From NCBI GenBank assembly GCA_016194705.1, contig JACQAZ010000010.1:166-64165 (forward strand): a stretch of DNA of 64,000 nucleotides, given 5' to 3'. The number at the start of each line of letters is the position of its first letter. The stretch's first letter is position 1. The stretch comes from Elusimicrobiota bacterium (GTDB taxonomy: Bacteria; Elusimicrobiota; Elusimicrobia; UBA1565; UBA9628). This document shows positions 57,222 through 64,000 of the stretch, piece after piece. The position numbers and the translations under genes are program-made. A model generated the notes under the pieces. The model did no database searches and was not told the DNA's origin. It saw only the letters and a list, made by a program, of their open reading frames with translations.

Positions 57222-59974
57222 ACGCCAGCTGGCTGCTCGTACTAGCGCTCTCGCCGGTCCGCGCGGCTCAAGTCTCAACGGGCACCGCGCGACTGGTCCT
57301 CATCGAGCCCGCCTCCATCTCGGCCGGCACGATCCTCGACGCTCCGCTCGAGCGTCTCCTGCGCCTCTCCTCGTCGAGCGTCCGTTTGCTCGACATCCAG
57401 TCCGTGCCCTGCTACCATTCGGGCACCGATTACCGACTGCGCCTGCCGGCCGCGCCTGGGCCCGCGGACGAAGCCGTTTTCTCTACCATGTCGGCGGTCG
57501 CGCTCGAGGCCGAGTCCGAGGCGGCCCTGATTTTTCCGCCCGAGCCGGAACTGATCTCGGGCCTGCAGACACTCGCCGAGGATCCCGCCAGCTACCGCGT
57601 CCCTTGGACGGTGCGCACCGCGACCAAGACCTTGAGCCTCATGCAGATGCGCGGGCCGAGCGGCGAGGCGCTGGTCACGGTCCAGCTCGATCCCAGCGCG
57701 GGAGAGGGCGCGCAATGGCTGCCGGCGGTCGCGCAGTCCTATCGCCTGAGCTGGAGAGGGCGCGAGGTTTCCATCGTGCTCGTGGCCAAGCTGCACGGCG
57801 GCCTCGGGCGATTGGCGACGGTGCTGGCGCGCGAGCAAAAGAGGGGCCCCGTGCTCGGAGTGGCGCGCAGCGACGCGTTCGGCTCCAGCTTCACCGAGCC
57901 CAAGGGGCGGGCGCTGGCCGAGAAGCTTGAGAGCCTCGGGCTCAAGTACTCCGCGGCGGGCTCGGCCGAGGTCCGACGCTGGCGAGAGGTCCAGCAGTAC
58001 CGGCGAGAGCGTCCCGAGGGCATTGAGTTCCTGTCGGCCAACCTGGTCTACGCCTCCGCGCCCGCCAAGACCATCCTTCCCGACCACGCGGTCGTGAGCG
58101 TCGGCGGCATCAAGCTCTGCCTCGTCGGCATGACGCCGCCCGAGGCCGCGAAGTACCTCGGACAAGGGGGCCTTGCCGACGCGGCGGTCGCCGATCCCGT
58201 GGAAGCCTTCCGCTCCAAGGCCGTCTCGTATCGGCGGGAATGCGAGCTCGTCGCCATCCTCGGCGCGCTCACACCCGAGGCGGCGCGCCTGCGCTTCGAG
58301 GCGCTGGGCGCCGATCTGATCGTCGGCGAGGATTACGAGTCGCCCTACCACCAGGGCGAGCGCCCTGAAAGCCACGTGCACCGGGCCCGGGTCTACGACT
58401 TCGACCAACCCCTCTGGATCATGAAGGCGTGGGACGAGACTCTGAACATCTTGGAAGTCGGCGTGCGCAAGGAGGGCGAGGCGCGCTCGGTCGACATCAT
58501 CGAACGCCACGTCAGCCTCGACGAAAGCGTACCGTGGGCTCTTGGGATTCCCGTCTTCGCGCCCGAGACCTACGCGACCGCGCTCTCCACCGAGCCTCCG
58601 ATCCTGCCATCGGCGCGGCGCATCCTGCCGGCGTCCGCGGGAGAGGGCGGATTCCCGCAGATCACGGCCGAGAATTTCTGGACACTGGCGGCCGGGATGC
58701 TCGCGGATTCGACTCGCTCCGAGGCGGGCCTCTTGCGCGTGCTCCCGCTGCCGATCCAAGAGGACACCGACATCCCGGAGTCCGTCGTGCGGGCTTGGCT
58801 CTCCGACGAGGACCAGGCCGTGGTGCTCTACCTCAAGGGCTCGGAACTCAAGGCATTGCTGGCAGAGGCCAAGGTGCAGTCCGAGCGCAGGGCGAAGGGA
58901 CTTCCCAAGGGCTCCAAGATCGCCTTCACTGCCGGCGGCGTCGATCGTGGGGGAAAGATCCACGGCGTGCCAATCGAGGACCGGCAGGTCTACCGCGTGG
59001 CCACGACCCAGGTGCTCGCCGACGCGCTGGGCCTCTCACCCGGCCGCGATCCTCAGCCCGTCGGACGCACGGCCGACGAGCTGATCCTGGAGGGCTTGCG
59101 CAAACGACGCGGCGCGCAGCCTTCGGCCTATCAAGGCTGGATGCAGGGCCAGCCGGTCTCGAGGCGCGGGCTTTGGCGGCTCGATTTTCGCGACGTGGGG
59201 CTCAACATCCAGAACACCTCGGTGGTGCGCGACGACGCCTTCGACGCGGTCCCCAACGCGCGCATCCAGGGCTTCAATCAATATACCATCGGCGGCTTCC
59301 TCAAGACCGACGCGGACTATTTCTACGAGCCCTACAAATGGTCCAACACCGTCGAACTCGAATATGCCAAGACGCGCCTGCGCCCGCGGCAAGGCCCCCC
59401 CGTCACCAACACGCCGTCCAACCGCATCATGGCGCTCACAAGTGCCACGCGCCGCGCGGGCGCCATCAAACAGGCCTGGCTGGCCCAGTCGTGGGGCCCC
59501 TCATTGGGCTTCCAGTTCGACAGCGAGTTCGATCCCGCCCCAGGCCTGCCGCGCAAGCAGGTCTACAGCGCCTTCCCCGGCGTCGAGTTGTACGACGGGA
59601 CCTTCGTGCGCAAGTGGGAGCTCACCCTCAACCTCAAGCGCGATCAGTCGCGCGACCCGCCCAACACCCAGGGCGGCCTGCACACGCGCATGCTGGTCTC
59701 CAAGGACCTCGGCAAGGCGCCGGTCAACCTCCAGGGCGAAGTCTACGCCAACTATTTCTTCCTGACCCGCCGCGACACGATCCAGGACCTGCGCTTCGAG
59801 GGCGACATCAACTTCAAGCTCAAGGTCCCGATCCGGAAATACCTGACGGTCGCCCCGTTCCTCGACCTCTACGCCTTCGAGCTCAAGCTCAGGCCGCTCG
59901 CGGGCTACTCCATCATGACCGGGATCTCGATCGGCTTCTCGCGTCTCTGGAAGCCGCAGTATGAGAGCTTCTAG
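57218..59974 (+). CDS. large secreted protein (918 aa) with a C-terminal beta-barrel-like region ending in an aromatic residue; putative outer-membrane protein
   Basis: A TTG start sits in a TTGA overlap with the clpB stop. A signal peptide is present ([19 protein letters not shown]). The C-terminus ...[13 protein letters not shown] fits the terminal-Phe OMP signature, and the last 350 aa have alternating hydrophobic residues. Confidence 0.6.
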   Translation: MNASWLLVLALSPVRAAQVSTGTARLVLIEPASISAGTILDAPLERLLRLSSSSVRLLDIQSVPCYHSGTDYRLRLPAAPGPADEAVFSTMSAVALEAESEAALIFPPEPELISGLQTLAEDPASYRVPWTVRTATKTLSLMQMRGPSGEALVTVQLDPSAGEGAQWLPAVAQSYRLSWRGREVSIVLVAKLHGGLGRLATVLAREQKRGPVLGVARSDAFGSSFTEPKGRALAEKLESLGLKYSAAGSAEVRRWREVQQYRRERPEGIEFLSANLVYASAPAKTILPDHAVVSVGGIKLCLVGMTPPEAAKYLGQGGLADAAVADPVEAFRSKAVSYRRECELVAILGALTPEAARLRFEALGADLIVGEDYESPYHQGERPESHVHRARVYDFDQPLWIMKAWDETLNILEVGVRKEGEARSVDIIERHVSLDESVPWALGIPVFAPETYATALSTEPPILPSARRILPASAGEGGFPQITAENFWTLAAGMLADSTRSEAGLLRVLPLPIQEDTDIPESVVRAWLSDEDQAVVLYLKGSELKALLAEAKVQSERRAKGLPKGSKIAFTAGGVDRGGKIHGVPIEDRQVYRVATTQVLADALGLSPGRDPQPVGRTADELILEGLRKRRGAQPSAYQGWMQGQPVSRRGLWRLDFRDVGLNIQNTSVVRDDAFDAVPNARIQGFNQYTIGGFLKTDADYFYEPYKWSNTVELEYAKTRLRPRQGPPVTNTPSNRIMALTSATRRAGAIKQAWLAQSWGPSLGFQFDSEFDPAPGLPRKQVYSAFPGVELYDGTFVRKWELTLNLKRDQSRDPPNTQGGLHTRMLVSKDLGKAPVNLQGEVYANYFFLTRRDTIQDLRFEGDINFKLKVPIRKYLTVAPFLDLYAFELKLRPLAGYSIMTGISIGFSRLWKPQYESF

Positions 59975-60497
59975 CCTAGCCGCTTTGCTCCTGCTCCTCC
60001 CCGCCGCGGCCCATGCCGACGCCGCTATGCCCATTCTGTATGTCTTCGCGCCGATCCTCGTTCTCTCATTTTTTCCCGTCGTCTTCATCGAGGCCTTGCT
60101 CTACCGGAACCGCCTGGCGATCTCCTTGCCGGCGGCGCTCTCGTCCTCGCTCAAGGCCAACCTCGCCTCCACTTTGGCCGGCCTCCCGCTGGCCTGGATC
60201 ATCGTGACGGGTTTGGGCGGCTTGGTCCACCCCGGAGGAGCCTTCGACCCCGGAGGCTTCAGCACCGAGCTGCTCTGGCGCGGACGCTACGGCGAGTTCT
60301 TCTTGGTGGTCCTGCTGCAGCTCGGGCCGGCGTATTTTGTCTCGGTGTGGATCGAGCGCGCGGTGCTCGTGCAGTCCTTCCAATCCGTGGACAAGGACAA
60401 GCTCCTGTCGCTGAGCTGGGCCGCCAACACGGCGAGCTACGCGTTTTTGTTCGTGCTCTGCTTCCTCCTGCCGGCCGTTTTCTCCCCCCGCGGCTAG
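59961..60497 (+). CDS. hypothetical membrane protein (178 aa, 4-5 TM helices) with a signal-like N-terminus
   Basis: The ORF overlaps the upstream stop by 14 nt. Strongly hydrophobic helices are present. Confidence 0.55.
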   Translation: MRASSLAALLLLLPAAAHADAAMPILYVFAPILVLSFFPVVFIEALLYRNRLAISLPAALSSSLKANLASTLAGLPLAWIIVTGLGGLVHPGGAFDPGGFSTELLWRGRYGEFFLVVLLQLGPAYFVSVWIERAVLVQSFQSVDKDKLLSLSWAANTASYAFLFVLCFLLPAVFSPRG

Positions 60498-60536
60498 GCC
60501 TTACGACCCTGGCGCCCGACGAGGATTCGTGAGATA

Positions 60537-62483
60537 ATGGTGGGAATGGCCGCCAACCGCTTCCTGCCGATGACCCGCCGCGAGATGAAGGATCGCGGGT
60601 GGGACGAGGTCGACGTCATCTTCGTGACCGGCGACGCCTACATCGACCATTACTCTTTCGCCATGGCGATCCTCGGTCGAGTGCTCGAGCACGCGGGCTT
60701 CAAAGTTGCGATCCTCTCCCAGCCCGACTGGCGCTCCTGCGAGCCCTGGAAGACCTTCGGCCGTCCGAGACTGTTCTTCGGCATCAGCGCCGGGAACATG
60801 GACTCGATGATCAACCACTACACCGCGAACAAGAAGGTGCGCAACGACGACGCGTATTCTCCCGGAGGAAAGATCCATCTGCGTCCCGACCGCGCCACGC
60901 TAGCGTACTGCCAGCGCGCGCGCGAGGCGTACGAAGGCGTCCCGGTCATCGCCGGCGGCGTCGAGGCGAGTCTGCGGCGCCTGGCGCACTACGACTACTG
61001 GAGCGACACGGTCAAGCCCTCGATCCTGCTCGACTCGAAGGCCGATCTGGTCGCCTACGGCATGGGCGAGGAGACCATCGTAGAAATAGCCAAGCGCTTC
61101 GCCGCCGGCAAGACCGTCAAGGACATGCGCGACCTGCGCGGCATCGCCTATGCTTTGGGCGCCTCCGAGCCGCCTCCCGCGCCCGACGAGAAGACTTTGC
61201 ATATCCCGAGCTTCGAGGAGGTCAAGGCCGACAAGGACAAGTTCCTTCGCGCGACTCACTTGATCCACCGAGAGACCAGCCCCTTCAACGCCAAGACCAT
61301 CGTCCAGAAGCACGGCGCCCGCCACGTGGTGCAGACCCCGCCCCAGCTGCCGGTCAGCCAAGAGCGCATGGACTTCTATTACGGCCTGCCCTACACGCGC
61401 CGCCCGCATTTCAGCTATCGCGAGGCGATCCCGGCTTTCGAGATGATCAAGGACTCGGTCACGATCATGCGCGGCTGCTTCGGCGGCTGCACCTTCTGCT
61501 CGATCACCGCGCACCAGGGCCGCACGATCCAGTCGCGCTCGCAGGACAGCGTCTTGAAGGAACTCAAGGCGCTGGGCCAAGACCCCGAGTTCAAGGGCAC
61601 GGTCTCCGACATCGGCGGGCCGACGGCGAACATGTACCAGATGCGCTGCACCAAGCCCGAGATCGAGAAGATCTGCAAGCGCCTCTCGTGCGTGAGCCCG
61701 ACGATCTGCAAGTGCCTGGGAACCGACCACGGCCCCCTGACCGAGTTGATGAAAAAGTCCCGCGAGGTCGACGGCGTCGACAAGGTGCTCGTCGCCAGCG
61801 GCATACGCATGGACTTAGCGAGGCTCTCGCCCGAGTACATGACCGAGTTGACAGCCCACCACATCGGAGGGCGCCTCAAGGTCGCGCCCGAGCATACCGA
61901 CCCGAAGGTGCTCGCCGCCATGAAGAAGCCGGCCCACGACACCTTCGAGGATTTCGCCGAAAAATTTAAGGAAGAGAACCGCAAGGCGGGCAAGAACCAG
62001 TTCCTCGTGCCTTATTTCGTCTCCGGCCACCCCGGCTCGGACTTGAACGCTATGATCGATCTGGCGATTTTCCTCAAGCGCAACGGCTACAAGCCCGACG
62101 CCGTCCAGGATTTCATCCCGGCGCCCTTTGACGTGGCGACCGCGATGTACTACACGGGCAAAGACCCCGAGACCGGGCGGGAACTCCCGATCGCGCGCAA
62201 CCTGCGCGACCGCAAGCTGCAGCGAGCTCTTTTGCAGTTCTTCAAGCCCGAGAATTATTTCGAAGTCAGGGAGGCTTTGCTCAAAGCCGCCCGCAAGGAC
62301 CTGATCGGAAGCGGCTGCGACTGCCTGATCCCGTCGAACCCGCCGCGCCAGGCGATCCTCGCCCGCCGTTCGATGGCCAACCGCGACGCGGACGAGCACG
62401 TTCACGCGCGCGAGTTCCCGAAGAAGCATGGCGGACCGAAGGGCTATCGTCCGCAGAGACCCTCGGCCCGTCGTCGAAGTTGA
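60537..62483 (+). CDS. ygiQ: YgiQ-family radical SAM protein (UPF0313)
   Basis: The CFGGCTFCS radical-SAM motif is present. The N-terminal YgiQ domain and the characteristic basic C-terminal tail are also present. Confidence 0.9.
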   Translation: MVGMAANRFLPMTRREMKDRGWDEVDVIFVTGDAYIDHYSFAMAILGRVLEHAGFKVAILSQPDWRSCEPWKTFGRPRLFFGISAGNMDSMINHYTANKKVRNDDAYSPGGKIHLRPDRATLAYCQRAREAYEGVPVIAGGVEASLRRLAHYDYWSDTVKPSILLDSKADLVAYGMGEETIVEIAKRFAAGKTVKDMRDLRGIAYALGASEPPPAPDEKTLHIPSFEEVKADKDKFLRATHLIHRETSPFNAKTIVQKHGARHVVQTPPQLPVSQERMDFYYGLPYTRRPHFSYREAIPAFEMIKDSVTIMRGCFGGCTFCSITAHQGRTIQSRSQDSVLKELKALGQDPEFKGTVSDIGGPTANMYQMRCTKPEIEKICKRLSCVSPTICKCLGTDHGPLTELMKKSREVDGVDKVLVASGIRMDLARLSPEYMTELTAHHIGGRLKVAPEHTDPKVLAAMKKPAHDTFEDFAEKFKEENRKAGKNQFLVPYFVSGHPGSDLNAMIDLAIFLKRNGYKPDAVQDFIPAPFDVATAMYYTGKDPETGRELPIARNLRDRKLQRALLQFFKPENYFEVREALLKAARKDLIGSGCDCLIPSNPPRQAILARRSMANRDADEHVHAREFPKKHGGPKGYRPQRPSARRRS

Positions 62484-62516
62484 AGAGCTGCGCATCTGTA
62501 GTCATTCCGTTGGTCT

Positions 62517-62592
62517 GTTGCTTTAAAGCAACAGTGAGCCGAATAGATCGCTTAATTTTCTTCGTTTAGGCCCCGCGTTGCTTTAAAGCAAC
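62517..62592. repeat. two identical 16-nt AT-rich perfect palindromes, GTTGCTTTAAAGCAAC, 60 bp apart
   Basis: The copies sit at 62517-62532 and 62577-62592, between convergent ygiQ and the 62583 gene. Copy 2 overlaps the minus-gene stop codon. Neither copy is followed by a T-tract. Confidence 0.7.
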
Positions 62593-63092
62593 GGACCAGG
62601 CCGGGACTCTGGGCAGGCCGTCTTGGGATCGGGAACGAACATCGCCTTGCCTTGCGGCACGCAGACGGCCGTCTTGCCGGCCGGAGCGGGTCCCAGCATG
62701 ACGTCCTCGCAGAGAAAGTCCGAGCAGTACGCCAGGGACTCTCTGGCGTCCCCGTTCTCGGTCCACTTCACCCAGAACAACCCCCTTTCCTTGGCAAGAA
62801 CGCCGGCCCTCGGGTCCGTCTTGCGCGGATGGCCGTTCCACGGGCGCGTCTCGAAGGTCTTCTTGGCGAGCGAGAATCCCTCGTAGGGCCGCCATGCGCC
62901 CGCCGTTTCGTCGTAGCGGCAGGCCGAACGCACGGCGATCGCCGCCCTCTTCACGTTCAGCGCCATCGCCCAACTTTCGTTGTAGCTGATCACGCAGGCC
63001 TTGCTCGTCTTGTCCCAGCCGAAGTTGAAAAGCGGGCTTCTTCTCTCGGCCGCGGAGGCCGAGAGCGCAAGCAGGAGCAGCGCGGCCTTCAC
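62583..63092 (-). CDS. secreted hypothetical protein (169 aa, 6 Cys)
   Basis: A signal peptide is present (MKAALLLLALSASAA). I recognise no domain. Confidence 0.55.
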   Translation of the reverse strand: MKAALLLLALSASAAERRSPLFNFGWDKTSKACVISYNESWAMALNVKRAAIAVRSACRYDETAGAWRPYEGFSLAKKTFETRPWNGHPRKTDPRAGVLAKERGLFWVKWTENGDARESLAYCSDFLCEDVMLGPAPAGKTAVCVPQGKAMFVPDPKTACPESRPGPLL

Positions 63093-63096
63093 GAGG

Positions 63097-63441
63097 TCAG
63101 ACGCGCTCGACGACGACCGCGGTGCCGTAGCAGAGCACCTCGGTCGCCGGGCCCGTCTTGGCGCCGACTTCGGAGGCGTCGTAATGCAGGCCCACGACCG
63201 CGGTGGCGCCCATTTGCTTGGCGTGCGCGATCATGAGCTCATAGGCCTGCTCGCGCGCCTGTTCGCACATCTCGGTGTAGGCCTCGATGTTGCCGCCGAT
63301 GATGGACTTGAGGCCGCCCATGAGACCCTGCAGGACGGTCGGCGAGCGAACGACCAGGCCGCGCACGATGCCTTTGTATTCCTTGATGCGGTAGCCGTCG
63401 ATGGCGAATGTGGTGGTCACGGGGATATCCATGGAGGTCAT
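63097..63441 (-). CDS. ybjQ: YbjQ-family (UPF0145) protein
   Basis: A 114-aa protein. The segment IVGGNIEAYTEMCEQAREQAYELM...ATAVVGLHYD matches YbjQ. Confidence 0.8.
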   Translation of the reverse strand: MTSMDIPVTTTFAIDGYRIKEYKGIVRGLVVRSPTVLQGLMGGLKSIIGGNIEAYTEMCEQAREQAYELMIAHAKQMGATAVVGLHYDASEVGAKTGPATEVLCYGTAVVVERV

Positions 63442-63450
63442 CTTATCATT

Positions 63451-64000
63451 TCAGCCCAAAGGGGTCTCGCGCACGATCCCATAAGCCGGGCCTTGGGTCG
63501 AGAGCCGGCTCTGGTAGAGGACGAGCTTCTCGGCGCGGCAGACGAGGCCGGGCGGGATTTTCAAAGTCTTGAGGGCCTCGACGAGGCTCTTGATGTTTTT
63601 TGGGCCTCTCACGCGTCCCAAGGTCAGGTGCGCCGAAAACTCACGCCCGGGCTCCTCTTGGGGAGCGATCGCGGTTTTCTTAAGCTCGCAGCGCAGAGCG
63701 CCGGCGAGTTTCGAAAGGACCTGCGCGCCCCGACCGACGCCTAGCCACAAGACTTTGGGGCGCGCAGGCGCGCCGAAGGCGCCCAACCGGTCGAACTCGA
63801 GGTCGAAGGGACTGTGTCCGGACACAGCCGTCTCCGAAGCGCGGGAGATTTCGGGGAGCCGTTCCTCTGCGGTCTCGCCGAGAAAGCTCAAGGTCAGGTG
63901 CAGGTTCTCGGACGCGACCCATTTCACGTCCGCGCCGCTCTTGATGAGCCCGGCGATGATCTGCGACGCCGCGGCTCTGACCCGCTCGTCGACGGAAACG
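63451..64000 (-). CDS. thpR: RNA 2',3'-cyclic phosphodiesterase (2H family, ThpR/LigT). The N-terminus runs off the window edge.
   Basis: Two H-x-T-x motifs are present (HLTLSFLG and HLTLGRV). The frame stays open to nt 64000 with no upstream start codon, so the gene is 5'-truncated by the window. Confidence 0.8.
   Translation of the reverse strand, partial: VSVDERVRAAASQIIAGLIKSGADVKWVASENLHLTLSFLGETAEERLPEISRASETAVSGHSPFDLEFDRLGAFGAPARPKVLWLGVGRGAQVLSKLAGALRCELKKTAIAPQEEPGREFSAHLTLGRVRGPKNIKSLVEALKTLKIPPGLVCRAEKLVLYQSRLSTQGPAYGIVRETPLG

Noticed and set aside
62517-62592. Possible CRISPR or REP array
   Set aside because: There are only two copies. The units are perfect palindromes of 16 nt with no spacer-repeat periodicity, and no cas genes are nearby.
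1-64000. Mobile elements, prophage, rRNA, or other tRNAs
   Set aside because: No transposase, integrase, recombinase or phage structural motifs are seen in any frame. Other intergenic regions longer than 60 nt were inspected and none folds as a tRNA cloverleaf. No rRNA-like conserved stretches were found.

Overview
High-GC (about 65-70% by eye) chromosomal segment from a Gram-negative (diderm) bacterium. Almost every gap is filled by genes, and many are translationally coupled through ATGA, GTGA or TTGA start/stop overlaps. Main content, in order:

- A partial rpmG, tRNA-Trp, secE, nusG, rplK and rplA. An extra small membrane ORF sits between nusG and rplK, and the cluster terminates after rplA.
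- A long minus-strand array:
  - an RDD-family membrane protein and a large K/E-rich secreted protein;
  - prfB, an HDAC-like gene, lnt and secA;
  - an AHSA1-like protein, a TPR protein and a HEAT-repeat-cyclophilin lipoprotein.
- A paired M16 peptidase locus.
- An eight-gene coupled operon: hom, thrC, thrB, lysC, a lipoprotein, a PDZ protein, a DnaQ-like exonuclease and amt.
- proC and rnd.
- A minus-strand cluster running MFS transporter, response regulator and GltS-like FMN enzyme.
- A minus-strand cluster of cupin, tonB, exbD, exbB, a HEAT lipoprotein and a signal-peptide-bearing Memo-AMMECR1 fusion protein.
- A GAF protein, rlmN, mgtC, hemY and hemE.
- A cysteine-rich small lipoprotein transcribed from a leaderless-type promoter.
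- A DUF21-CBS transporter fused to a PTS EIIA(Ntr) domain.
- A tandem PC4-like protein, a secreted protein with two kinase-like domains coupled to an S41 protease, clpB, and a 918-aa putative outer-membrane protein.
- ygiQ, ybjQ and a partial thpR.

I see no rRNA, CRISPR array, transposase, integrase or phage genes; the only RNA gene is tRNA-Trp.

The items I rate most interesting are: the periplasm-targeted Memo-AMMECR1 fusion inside the TonB/ExbBD/HEAT cluster; the CNNM/CorC-EIIA(Ntr) fusion; the secreted tandem kinase-like protein coupled to the protease; the HEAT-cyclophilin lipoprotein; a consensus promoter plus terminator-like leader upstream of proC; an orphan plus-strand terminator that may mark a small RNA; and twin AT-rich 16-nt palindromes.

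Every family assignment comes from reading motifs in the supplied translations. No database searches were run.
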